From NCBI RefSeq assembly GCF_001194135.2, contig NC_068993.1:17064073-17128072 (forward strand): DNA of 64,000 nucleotides, written 5' to 3'. The translations under genes were made by a program, and so were the position numbers. The notes beneath the pieces were generated by a model that was given only the letters and a program-made list of their open reading frames with translations, did no database searches and was not told the origin of the DNA. Shown in pieces: positions 24,799 to 38,200 of the stretch. Source of the DNA: Octopus bimaculoides (Eukaryota). Every line of letters begins with the position of its first letter. Within the stretch, counting starts at the first letter, position 1.

Positions 24799-25291
24799 GT
24801 AAGTTTTTACTTCAACTTATCTAATACCTTTACCTTCTTTTCTCCCTACACACCTGCATATCTCCTTACCTACATACATAATTATCTGCCCTTCTTACCC
24901 AACCACTTGTAACATGTGCCAACATATGCTTATCTACATCTACCATCTCTTTGTAATCACATGAAGCCTACACCAACACATGATCAATTACACCTACTGC
25001 AACTCCCCCACCTTCATGTGGCCTACATTAATAACGTATCTCTTATGTTTTACTTATTTCAGTCATTAGGCTATAGCCATGCTGGGGCTTCACCTTGATG
25101 AATTTTACACAAACGAATTAATCCCAGCACTTATTATATTTTTTGTAAAGCCTGGTACTTATTTTATTATTCTCTTTTGCTGAACCACTAAGCTATGGGG
25201 ACATAAACACACCAACACCAGTTGTCAAGTGCTGGTGAGAGCACAAGCACATGTACAAAGACACACACATAGATACATATATATAGATATG

Positions 25292-25375
<84 letters not shown>

Positions 25376-25596
25376 AACACACAAACACACACGACAGTCT
25401 TCTTTCAGTTTCTGTCTACCAAATTCACTTACAAGGCTTTGATTGGTCTGAAGCTATAGCAGAAGACATTTGCCCAAGGTGCCATGCAGTGGGACTGAAC
25501 CCAGAGACAAGTAAAAGATAAAATATGAAAATTTTATTTGTTTAATTTTCTGTTGTCTCAATGAGATTGTACGAGTACTTAATACTAGATCTTACA

Positions 25597-26015
25597 AGGC
25601 GGGGAGCTGGCAGAATCGTTAGCACACCAGGCGAAATGCTTAGCAGTATTTCGTCTGCCGTTACGTTCTGAGTTCAAATTCCGCCGAGGTCGACTTTGCC
25701 TTTCATCCTTTCGGGGTCGATAAATTAAGTACCAGTTACACACTGGGGTCGACGTAATCAACTTAATCCCTTTGTCTGTCCTTGTTTGTCCCCTCTATGT
25801 TTAGCCCCTTGTGGGCAATAAAGAAATAAGAATCATTAGCACACCAGGCGAAATGCTTAGCGGTATTTCGTCTGTCTTCGTGTTCTGAGTTCAAATTCCG
25901 CCAAGGTCAGCTTTGCCTTTCTTCCTTTCAGGATCGATAAATTAAATACCAGTTGCGTACTGCGGTTGATCTAATTGACTGGCTCCCTCCCCAAAAAATT
26001 CAGGCCTTGTACCTT
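25597..26015 (+). mobile_element. Tandem pair of family C SINEs with different 3' tails
   Basis: Full copy to about 25830, then a second head-truncated copy ending ctccccaaaaaattcaggccttgtacc. Confidence 0.8.
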
Positions 26016-28288
26016 GAGAGGAATGACAGAAACAGTAGCATTCCAGGCAAAATGCTTTGCAGCATGTAGTCACATATCTCTGTGCTCAGTTTCCAAATCT
26101 TATTTTGGCCAACTTTACCAATCACCTGTCAAAGAATCAGTAAAATAATATCTCAATCAAATGCTGGGGGGTCGATAGAATCAACTACACACCCCTTCTG
26201 CAAAATTCCTAGCTTTGTTCTTGTGTTACAAATCAATATCTGGTCTTGGAGATCTTGCAGATTAAATAACACAAAATTACAACGTATGCAGAGATGCTGT
26301 TACTGCAAACCCAGCCAACCCATGCCTACATGGAAAAATTAAATAAATACAAATGTTAAAATATTGATGATGATTGCCTTGTGATTAGTACAGCACACAA
26401 GCTTTTTTTTTTTTTTTAATCACCCAACATGCTCTATCAATATTGGGCATTAGCTTCTGCTATAGATTTTAATCAAGAATAAATATAGCCATTATTTTCC
26501 AATTACAACTGCAAAATTAATCAATAATGTACTTTATACTTGTCTATGCTGAAAGAAGAAAGCATTGGAATTAAATAAAACAAGAAGAATTTATTTAATA
26601 AGAATTTAAACAATCAAAAACTAACTTTTAATTTCAAATTTGTAGTTTTAACTGTTTTTCTCATATATTCTACTCCATCCTTGCCTACATAGAAAAACAA
26701 ATGTCAAATGGTGGATAAGAATAATGACGATAATGATTGTGATGGTGGTGGTGGTGGCAGGAGCTACTGCTGCTGCTGCTAGCTTGTCTATTTTGATCTT
26801 CAAAATTACAAAATAAAAGGCGGATGTGTCACTAGTTATTGTACTGTTTAGCTTATCTAATTCACTCCACTAAGCTTCATGTAGGTACCACAAAAAAGGG
26901 ATTGAGCTATAGAAAGCAGAAAGAAGGTAGTCAAGTGTCATCTTTCTAAGAATAATTCAGTTTCATTTGCAGGAATTTTAGTGTTGGCTACAATCTGATA
27001 GTACGTAGTCTGCAGGCATATCCATGTGGCTAAAAAGTTCAGTTCATTGCTACATTGTTCTAGGTTCAATCCGACTGCACAGCACCTTGGGTTAGCCAAT
27101 GTCCTGTGGGTGGAATTTGGTAAATGAAAACTATGTGGAAACCCATTTGTGTGTGTGAGTGTGTGTGTGTGTGAGTGTGTGTGTGTGTGTGTGGTCATCA
27201 GTTTAAAGTCCACTTTTCCATGCTTGCATAGGTTGGATGGAGTTTATTAAGGCAAAGTTTTTATGGTCAGATGCCCTTCTTGTCAATCCTCTGTTTAAAA
27301 ACTAATTTTGTAGATAATTTTTTTCAAAATTCCTATTTTGTTATTCACACATTCACTTGTATAGGTTGTACTATGTGAAATGGTGGTGAAAGAAACCTAG
27401 CTGTTTCTTACAATACGTACAATTAAATCAAAACTTTTCATGGACCCTTAGAATATTACTGTGGATTCCCAATTTACTATTTTATTACCTTGTTAAGAAC
27501 CAATGTTGTAGATAAACTGTGTCTGAAAACTAAAGCAGAAAGAAAAGATGAAATGGAATGTCTAATCGTAGGTCTGTTTTGATCAGAACTGACCAAGTGA
27601 TATTGTCGTCGTTTAGCCTTAAGTCAGTTCTTGAGAAATTACAGTCATGACCAGCACATCTTTTTATACATCCAAGGTTTCAATGCCCACTGTGTCCTTA
27701 ATTTCTTTAAAAATGGTAAGTTAGGATTTGAGGGTGATTTAGCTACTGTCACTTGCAAATTGAGCAATTACATGAAGGTTCCTTTGTTGGCTCATTATTG
27801 CAACTGTAAAAACCAGAGAGAGAGAGAGAGGTGAGGTATAACGATATATATGTGTGTGTTAGTTTGTTTACATCCCGTGACTAAGTGGTTTGGCAAAAGA
27901 CTTCATTAGAAGAGGTATAAGACTTACAAGTGATCAATCTGTTTGATTAAAACGCTTCAAGGCATTGCCCCTGCATGACTACAGTCCAATAACTGAAACA
28001 ATATCCACTACAGGTGTTTCATTCTATCTCCAATTTGCAAACACTTTATTTCTCTCTCTCTCTCTCACACACACACGCACATACATTTAATATTCGTATT
28101 GCATATACAGGTCCAGGTCTAGCTATGCAATTACATGAGCTTGAAATGTGAAATGACATGCCTCTGGGTTTGATCTTACTGCATAGCACTTTGGTAAATA
28201 TCTTCTTCTGTAGCCTCAAGTTGACCAATTGTCTTGTGAATGAAATTTAGTCAACAGGAGCAGTGTGGAAGTCCATCATTCATACATG

Positions 28289-28319
<31 letters not shown>

Positions 28320-28994
28320 ATTCTATGCATTCAAATAAACTTAATATTTGCAACACCACCACCACCAGCAACACCACCACCACCATCATTCCAGTAAAAT
28401 CTCAAATAGCATGTGTTTTGAGATGATAATTATATTAAACACCTCTTGCTTTTCCATGGTAACCAACCAGTGCCATCTTTAAAATGTTTTGCAAAAGCAG
28501 GCAGTGGAAATCAGGCTTATTTCAAAAAATTCTAAATGGAAAACTAATCTAGAAAATATAATTTGATTTAATGCTAATGAAGAATTTTGCTTTGCAAAGT
28601 AAAAATAATTACCTTTTTAAGAAAAAAAATAATAATTATCTATTTATTTTGTGCAAAAAGCAAAATTCTAATTTTTAGAAATGCTATATACCATTTCTAA
28701 AGCCTCCCCACCCCCATCCACTCATACACACATACTTCTGTACCCCAATCTTATTTATGATTACAGATCTCTGTGTGGATTTTCAGTAATTATTTTGAAG
28801 GGTTAACAAAGTTAATGGCACCTAGCAGTAGCAATGTACAGGTGTAAATAAAGTTTCAGAACGCTGGCAAAATAAATGTTACATATGTGTGAGGTGACAC
28901 AGGTTTTAGTCAGACAGGTGCTATATGAAAAGAGCATCAGTTATTTAACTAATCACTAAATTTGTTAGTTAGCTGAACCAGTTGTCATGTTTCT

Positions 28995-29257
28995 TATTTC
29001 TTATTTCTTTACTGCCCACAAGGGGCTAAACATAGAGAGGACAAACAAGGACAGACAAAGGGATTAAGTCGATTACATCAACCCCAGTGCATAACTGGTA
29101 CTTAATTTATCAACCCTGAAAGGATGAAAGGCAAAGTCGACCTCGGCGGAATTTGAACTCAGAACGTAGCAGCAGACGAAATACCGCTAAGCATTTCGCC
29201 TGGCATGCTAATGTTTCTGCCAGCTCGCCACCTAACTAGTTGTGATGTTGCCGTCTT
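28995..29257 (-). mobile_element. Family C SINE with 18-bp TSD
   Basis: Direct repeats ACCAGTTGTCATGTTTCT at 28977-28994 and 29258-29275. Confidence 0.85.
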
Positions 29258-31379
29258 ACCAGTTGTCATGTTTCTATTTATTCGGAAGCATAATCTTTGA
29301 GGTAAAATTCTAGCCATTGTTGTTCTTGTTGTTTAACCGCATTCTACTGACCTATGATCAAAAACATCCCACCCATGACCATCCAAGCATTTAATCAATC
29401 CTTTAGGATTTAAACTGGCCATGTCCAGTCCAAATATTCAAACTGGCCAGATCCACCCTTTCACACCTACCCTACAATGTTATTCTAAGGATAAACTGTC
29501 ACATCATCAGAATCTCATCACTATAAGACGATGAACAAATAAACATTAATTACATTTAACAGAGTAATTGACTGCTAAATGGTTATGGTATTCTTTTATT
29601 CTTTTGCATATTTCAGTCACTTGACTGCAGCCATGCTGGAGCACTGCCTTAAAGTACTTTTGCCAAACAATTCGACNNNNNNNNNNNNNNNNNNNNNNNN
29701 NNNNNNNNNNNNNNNNNNNNNNNNNNNNNNNNNNNNNNNNNNNNNNNNNNNNNNNNNNNNNNNNNNNNNNNNNNNNNNNNNNNNNNNNNNNNNNNNNNNN
29801 NNNNNNNNNNNNNNNNNNNNNNNNNNNNNNNNNNNNNNNNNNNNNNNNNNNNNNNNNNNNNNNNNNNNNNNNNNNNNNNNNNNNNNNNNNNNNNNNNNNN
29901 NNNNNNNNNNNNNNNNNNNNNNNNNNNNNNNNNNNNNNNNNNNNNNNTATATATATATATGTGATGGGCTTCTTTCAGTTTCCATTTGCTAAATCCACTC
30001 ACAAGGCTTTGGTCAGCCCATGGCTATAGTAGAAGACACTTGCCCAATGTACCATGCAGTGGGACTGAACCCAGAACCATGTGGTTGGGAAGCAAGCTTC
30101 TTACCACACAGCCATGCCTGTGCCTATATGTCACACCTGTACTAAGTTATATGTAGAATTATATTATCTAATGTATCCTGTCCTATATAAGATGACAGAG
30201 TGTGATTTTTCAAGAGATTTAGCTGGGTTTTCTAGCATGTCAGGTGACCAAGTAGAGCTTTCTCGTGTTTTTCTGATGGATTGGCTCAAGTGAATCCAAA
30301 TGAGTTTTAGTGATTGTCATTAATAATAATAGTTTCTAGCAGTGGCACAGGGCAATATATTTTGAGGGAGAGTATATTCAATTAAACTGAGGTTCGGTAT
30401 TTTTAACTGGCATTTTATTCTATCACCACCATGCACATGCCTCACTCTCCCACAGGATGAAAAGCAAACAAAGATTTAGCTGAACCTCAACTGGATTTGA
30501 AACCAGAATATAAAGAACTCAGACTAAAGCTTGCAACAAATTTTATACATCACTGCACTGATTCTGCAAATTATTAATTAGTTTATGCCTAACATTTTCA
30601 TTTTTCATTTTAAATTGAAGAAAATTTATTCACATTTATTTTATTTGTTAGTCTGAGAAGATGAACTTCCTAAAGCATAAATGGTTGGATTATTTGGTAG
30701 TTAATATTTAGTTTGAATTGATTGGAATCATTGATTCAGAGTGGGAGATGGGCAGGAAGAATGTTCTCAGGCAGTGGTTCGTTTTTCTTTTCTTTTTTTT
30801 TTCCTATACATTTTCCTTACTGGTTCTCCATTCCAATTTCACCCTTGTATGATTAGAAAAAGTAGTCTTATTTGCAACACAATTTGTTACATGACATTAA
30901 CAACCTTATACTGGGTTAACATTAGCATCCTTAAAATCAACATTAAGGAAAATAAATCTAGCAGAAAGTATGAATAATGGTTTAAAAAATCCTTCAACCT
31001 AAAAACAGTTACACCACTGGAAACTCCAAATTACTTGCACTTCTTAAGTAATGTCATTGTGGTTTGAGGGGAAAAGATCAGTCACAGTGAAAGAGTATTA
31101 TGGTATTTGGGACGTAAGAGAGAAAGTGATGTGAAGATGCAATGAAGGGAATGCATTGCAAATATAACTATGATGAAGAAGTTTGCTTTGCTACCACATG
31201 GTTGCAGGTTCACTCCCTTTATAACACCTTAGGCATTGTAACATCTATTATTGCCATGGGTGACCAATACCATATGAGTGGAATTGGATAGACAGAAACT
31301 ATACACAAGCTTGTCATATGTGTATATATATATATATATATATTTTTATAAATATGTATATAGTTTGATAACTGCCAAC

Positions 31380-31690
31380 ACACAAAAACCCTCTTTGGTC
31401 ATGATTGACTATGGGGTTGCATCTAGAAAGTCTCTCTCCATGGCACAAGTCTGGGCAAGGTTGTTTACAGAAGACCAGCAGTCGCCCATGCATATCAGCC
31501 TCTCATCTCCACACCACCAATGTTATCCAAGGGAAAGACAGAGGCTGATACAGCTTGGTACCAGTGAAGTCGCAACTCAATTCTACAGCTGAGTGAATGG
31601 GAGCAATATGAAATAAAGTATCTTGTTCAAGAACACGACACACAGCCCAGTCTGGGAATTGAACTCACTACCTCATGATTGCAAGCCCAA
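31380..31690 (-). mobile_element. tRNA-derived SINE, family D head and centre with a third tail type
   Basis: Reverse strand has B box gagttcaattcc, centre gttcttgaacaagatactttatttc and tail gcatgggcgactgctggtcttc...caatcatgacc. Confidence 0.65.
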
Positions 31691-32330
31691 CGCTTCAATC
31701 ACTATATATATATATATATCATCATCATCATTTTATGTCCGCTTTCCATGCTGGTATGGGTCGGACAGTTTGACTGAGGACTGGTGAGCCAGAGGCTGCA
31801 CAAGGCTCAATCTGATCTGGCAAAGTTTCTACAGCTGGATGCCCTTCCTAACGTCAACCACTCCAAGTGTAGTGGGTGCTTTTNNNNNNNNNNNNNNNNN
31901 NNNNNNNNNNNNNNNNNNNNNNNNNNNNNNNNNNNNNNNNNNNNNNNNNNNNNNNNNNNNNNNNNNNNNNNNNNNNNNNNNNNNNNNNNNNNNNNNNNNN
32001 NNNNNNNNNNNNNNNNNNNNNNNNNNNNNNNNNNNNNNNNNNNNNNNNNNNNNNNNNNNNNNNNNNNNNNNNNNNNNNNNNNNNNNNNNNNNNNNNNNNN
32101 NNNNNNNNNNNNNNNNNNNNNNNNNNNNNNNNNNNNNNNNNNNNNNNNNNNNNNNNNNNNNNNNNNNNNNNNNNNNNNNNNNNNNNNNNNNNNNNNNNNN
32201 NNNNNNNNNNNNNNNNNNNNNNNNNNNNNNNNNNNNNNNNNNNNNNNNNNNNNNNNNNNNNNNNNNNNGTGGAAAACATAAATCCAGAGAAGAAGCACAC
32301 TCTAAGATGTAGAGCAGTGTATATATTTAT

Positions 32331-32524
32331 GGGGAAGGCTGATTTATGGGATTACCCTGGGTTTCCCATCCATAAAGAGTTTAGCTTTATGGCATATCAT
32401 CAGACCCCAAAACTTGTTGAAAAGAGGTCTTAGGCCAACAGGCTTTTGGGTCTGACAATATGCCATAAAGCTAAACCCTTTATGGACTGGAAACCCAGGG
32501 TAATCTCATAAACCAGACTTCCCT
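32331..32524. mobile_element. Fold-back MITE-like element (89-bp inverted arms, 16-nt spacer)
   Basis: 32331-32419 is the reverse complement of 32436-32524 with about a dozen substitutions. Superfamily not assignable. Confidence 0.85.
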
Positions 32525-32542
32525 ATTAATACACACACAGAC

Positions 32543-32612
<70 letters not shown>
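32543..32612. repeat. (GATA)n microsatellite
   Basis: Pure GATA run, seen directly. Confidence 0.95.
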
Positions 32613-32613
<1 letters not shown>

Positions 32614-32926
32614 CAGATTTTTATGACTGGTTCTATGTGTTCATTACTCTTGACTTTCTGCATGTAACATTCAGACAGCAAATATTTTGTGTGTGTGTGT
32701 GTGTGTATTCATGTTCTCTGTTTACACTTACACACACATCTACAAAACCAGTGTTGTTCACAGAGGCATCTTTTATACCTTGTAACTCACCAGTTCAGCA
32801 TACAGAGATTGATAAAAATAATTGCCATGCTGAAATATATCTGGGTGGTCAGTATCTGATCTACTAAGAATGACGGCAGGGCTCCCAACATGAGCACATT
32901 CCAATAGATGAAACCAATAAAAGGAC

Positions 32927-33335
32927 TTTACTCTTTTATGTGTTTCAGTCATTTGACTGCGGCCATGCTGGAGCACCGCCTTTAGTCAAGCAAATCGACC
33001 CCAGGACTTATTCTTTGTAAGTCTAGTACTTATTCTATCGGTCTCGTTTGTCGAACCACTAAGTGACGGGGACATAAACACACCAGCATCGGTTGTCAAG
33101 CAATGCTAGGGAGACAAACACAGACACACAAACACACACACATACATACATACACACATATATACATATATATACGACGGGCTTCTTTCAGTTTCCGTCT
33201 ACCAAATCCACTCACAAGGCTTCGGTCGGCCCGAGGCTATAGTAGAAGACACTTGCCCAAGGTGCCACGCAGTGGGACTGAACCCGGAATCATGTGGTTG
33301 GTAAGCAAGCTACTTACCACACCACCACTCCTGCC
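32927..33335 (-). mobile_element. tRNA-derived SINE family A, full length
   Basis: Close reverse complement of 39108-39507, with an internal (CA)/(TA) tract. Confidence 0.88.
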
Positions 33336-34495
33336 ACTATATATAAACTATAGATGAATGCATATTGAACTGGTCAAGGCTATCATGGTTACTGGTGACT
33401 TTGGTTGTTTCTTAGTACTTCAGAAATAGAAATCCTAAAATACTCAAATGATGAACCCTCTTCCTTTCCACTGGTTAGCTGGTAACAGCTTTTTATAAAC
33501 TGTCTTTTTTCCCCCCTCAGCTTTGTACTTTAATGTATTTCTCTGTTTTATTATATGATCACCTTTTCTGTCCTTTCTTGTCTTCTCCTTCTCCTTCCTG
33601 CACCACTTCCTATATTTACACTAGTAGCTATTAACAACTAATGTCCCTTTATTTTCCCCCACCCCGCTACAGACCACCCTCTCTCTCTCTTTCTCGTTAC
33701 TATAGTTACTTTAATAAAGAATTTTAGTATATTTATAGCCCTGCAAATTATTTTGACAAAAACACCTTCGTTCATTCACACATATTTTTTTCTTTTTTTT
33801 TTTTCTTTTTTTTTCATTCAAGACCATTAAAACTTTCAACAAACAACCAATATATTTAGGTTTCCTAACAACTAAGTTTATAAAAAAAAATAATAATAAA
33901 TGAATAAAAATAAATAAAACTGCCTTTCCACCACTGCAATCACCACCACCACCTCCTCCTCCTCTCCCCCCTCAATTCTCATTATTGAAACAGATTATAG
34001 AAAGACTCATCATTTGAGATAATGGAAAGAATCATCAATTATGTAGTGTACCAAAATAACTCCTCTGTTACAAATGCACACCTGTTAATGATTCAAATGA
34101 GACCTGTAATTTAAAAAGACGAAACAAAACACAAACAAAAAAAGAATAAATGCAAGATTAATGATTCCATATATGTTGGTCTCCTCTCAAATCTCTTCTG
34201 CAATATCATATGCTTTCTCTATTAATTCAGAATAAAGTATTTATTTGGATTAGATCAGGCTTGCCAGAAGATTGGGTTACAAGTAGTAGATTATGCTACT
34301 TTTCAAGAATGCATGCCACCAATTTTTTTTGTTTTTTTTTTTGTTTTTTTAGAATATTTGCAACTTGAAAATTCTATGTATTAAATGTAAAAATCCTTTG
34401 AATATCGTTAAACTATCAACTAAGTAAATTCCAACTAACCTATTCTTTACACATACATACACACATACGTACATACATACATACATATATACATA

Positions 34496-35293
34496 TTGGG
34501 TCATCCCATAAATAATGTGTTTTATTTTCAATTGTATGAACTTAAAGTCGGGGAAGTATGGGATAAACTACCTGCAACAACTTGCTATAAAAGCAGGTAG
34601 TAATTTTACCTTGTCCTTATTGTTAGTGCAAGTTTTGAAGAGTGCAGTTTGATTTTAAGTTATTTTTTCAAAGCTATAATGGAAGTGACAAAGGAGCATA
34701 TTCAGTATATTTTGTTTTATGAGTTCAATAAAGGCAACAATGCAACGAAAAGTGTGAAGAATATTAATGCAGTATATGGGGATCGGACAATAAGTGTAAG
34801 CCAGTGTCAACAGTGGTTCTAGAAATTTCAAGCCAGAAACTACAGCCTAGAAGACAAGCCTCATCCTGGAAGATCTGTAGAGCTCAATGAGGACATCCTA
34901 TAAACTCTGGTGGAACAAAATCCCATTGTAACTGTTGAGGAACTCGCAGAGAAGCTTGGATTTAGTCATTCAACTAGTCATTCAAGTCAGTGCTAGAAGA
35001 AAAATGACCATCTTTGGTTTCAAGACAAAATGTCTTCCATCAGGATAATGCTCAACCACATACAGCAGGGATGACATTCCAAAGGTTGGAGCAGTTTGAA
35101 TGGGAAATGATGCCCCTCCCACCATATTCACTGGACATTGTTCCATCTGATTATCATTTATTCTACAGTCTTCAAAATCATTTGGATGGAAAAAATAAGA
35201 ATTCAGTAGATAAGGTCAGAACATTTCTAGAGGAGTATTTTTCATCACAGACAAGGGAATTTTGGAAGAGAGGCCTTGCAAGTCTACCAGATT
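34496..35293 (+). mobile_element. Mariner (DD34D) transposon, internally deleted and 3'-truncated
   Basis: TA|TTGGGTCATCCCATAAAT left TIR. ATG at 34679 gives MEVTKEHIQYILFYEFNKGNNATKSVKNINAVYG..QWF*KF..LEDKPHPGRS (HTH region, internal stops). After a deletion, FHQDNAQPH..PPYSLDIVPSDYHLF has exactly 34 residues between the last two catalytic Asp. Confidence 0.9.
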
Positions 35294-38200
35294 TAGAAAG
35301 ACGTTGCAGAGTAGGTGTAAGGGCCATATCTGGTTAGTTTTAACATAAATCAGATGGAATATTTGGGCCGGATATGGCCAGATTAAATGCTAAGGGGTTA
35401 AAGCTAAGACATTAGGCTCATTAGAATTGACACATATGTCAGATTAACTTCCCTGGTAGTCCTCCTCCCAGCTACTCAGATGATAGTGATGTATCCTCTC
35501 TCAGTTTCAATGATGAACCATCAATTTTTTGATCAAACAAACTACTTACTCATTAAATTAATACACACCTGTACTGCTTAATGTCAAATTAGCATGACAT
35601 AGTATAGGACAAGGCTACAGGTAGAATCCATACATGTTTTCACACAGCTTCACTCTTAAGGCCTTGATTGACACTTGCCTAACATGTGAGATCAAATCCA
35701 GGATGTGATGATTGTCAAATGAATTTCTTATCCATTTAGCTATTCCTGCATCTACAGATGACTTATAGTAATGGCTAAGCAGAATGATCTACTGTTATCT
35801 TGGCTGAAAATGTGTGTTTATATTCCCTATCTAACTGAATGAAACATTTGAGTGTGATTGTTTGGATGCTGTTGATGTGGTACAGCTGAGTGAACATAGA
35901 ACCTGTTTTGGCAACAGTACTTTTTGGCAATGGAGGCAACACGTACATGTGTGCACAGAGTATAACACATACTGACAGAGAGGGGTAGCAAGAGAGAGAG
36001 ACATTGCAATCTATTAATTGAGCATAATTGACATTAACAGTTTCCCTCTCCTCATACACATAGAGAGTAATGTACTCACAAACAGAGATATAAAAAGAGA
36101 AAACAAAAGAAACATCAACCCTTTAGCATTTAAACATGCCATATCTGGCCCAAATGTTCTGGTTTATGATCAAACTGGCCAGATCCAGCCCCTCATACCA
36201 ACTCTACAATGTCATTCCAAAAATAAGAAATCATCAAAATTTTGATATTAATGCATGATTAATTGAAAATAATGTGAATAAATAAGCATGACATTTGACA
36301 GGGTAGTCTGAATACTAAAGAGTTAATTAATGAATGGCTCCAACAACTCACAATCGACTGGGACTCCTCGGTCCATGTTTCAAGATGTGTTAGGTAGGTT
36401 GCCAATGCTCATCACTGACTAGCAGCAGTAGGCAGCTTTTGGACAATCCTGTGGCTGCCACCCTGTAAAGGGCAGCTGCAAAACATGACTGGCTGCTCTG
36501 TGCATTCTAAGGGTGAGGTACGTTAGCCCGTCCCCATCGATTAGTCATGCCTGCATTCTAGGAGCAACGGGCCCAGTCAAGAGAAGCGCAGGGATCCCAC
36601 CACCAACCGGCCAAAGCCAGCAGTGGTGGGAAGCTGCCCTATGACCTATGGACACCACATGCCTAAAACATCTAATCTATAAATAGCTCGGAGTCAAATC
36701 AATAACACCAAATAGATAGCACCAATACAACTGTGTCAAAACATTTTATACTCATTAACTAATACTTAATATTCCTGCGACATAGCACAAAACCCCTATT
36801 TTTCTTTTGAATTTAAAATTATATTATAAGCACCAATCTGAGGACAAAAAGAAAAGAAACAAAAAGAAAGAAATTGGCCAAACAACAGAATTCTGACTAT
36901 ATATCTATTGCTTGCTGAATACAGAGTGCCTGCTTGTTTCATCTTCTTAAATTTGATACTATAATTTGTTCCTGTTATTTTTAAATGTACTATTTTATGA
37001 CCCCTGGAAAAACTGGCTATTTTGCTAGTCTAAAGATAAAAACTATGCAATTAAAATTGCAGTAACAGCTATTATATCTACATAGAGAAAAAGAATGACA
37101 GTAGCTCCACTCCTATAAGTAAATCTATAGTGTTTGTAGCTTGTAATATTCATGTGGCTTTTTTTTGTTGCTGTCTCAGTGGCCTTGTAGGGAAAGGTGC
37201 TGTCAGGCAGCCATGTACATAGGGGATGGAGGTTCTAATCATTTATAAGGCTTGGCAGCATTTCGTCTGTCTTTACGTTCTGAGTTCAAATTCTGTTGAG
37301 GTCAACTTTGCTTTTCATCCTTTCGGAGTCAATAAAATAAGTACTAGTTAACACTGTACCAAAACATTTCATACCCCCAGTTGAACACTGGAGTTCATGT
37401 AATTGACTTACCCTCTTCTCTATTCTCTGTTTTCCTTAAACTGATTCATTATATATATATATATANNNNNNNNNNNNNNNNNNNNNNNNNNNNNNNNNNN
37501 NNNNNNNNNNNNNNNNNNNNNNNNNNNNNNNNNNNNNNNNNNNNNNNNNNNNNNNNNNNNNNNNNNNNNNNNNNNNNNNNNNNNNNNNNNNNNNNNNNNN
37601 NNNNNNNNNNNNNNNNNNNNNNNNNNNNNNNNNNNNNNNNNNNNNNNNNNNNNNNNNNNNNNNNNNNNNNNNNNNNNNNNNNNNNNNNNNNNNNNNNNNN
37701 NNNNNNNNNNNNNNNNNNNNNNNNNNNNNNNNNNNNNNNNNNNNNNNNNNNNNNNNNNNNNNNNNNNNNNNNNNNNNNNNNNNNNNNNNNNNNNNNNNNN
37801 NNNNNNNNNNNNNNNNNNNNNNNATATATATATATATATATATATATACGGGCTTCCACAGAGTTTCCATCTATTATATTCCCACACAAAACATTAGTTA
37901 GCCAGGATCCTATAGTTAAAACCATTTGCCCACAATGCTGCACAGTAAGACGGAACCTGAATCCACATGGTTACAAATCAAGCTTCTTAACCACACGGCC
38001 ATGCCAAGGAAATGAAAAAACAAAACCACAGAATTTGAAGAATCCTCATGACAAAGAAATTTATTCAACCCTTCCAACATCTCAGGAATAGTCATGTTAT
38101 CATTAACTTAGTTAATGCAGTGGGTGTTAAATAGCTAATTAGGCAGTGAGAGAAAAAAAGACAATACTTGTCAATGACTAATATTGTCTTAATTACTGTA

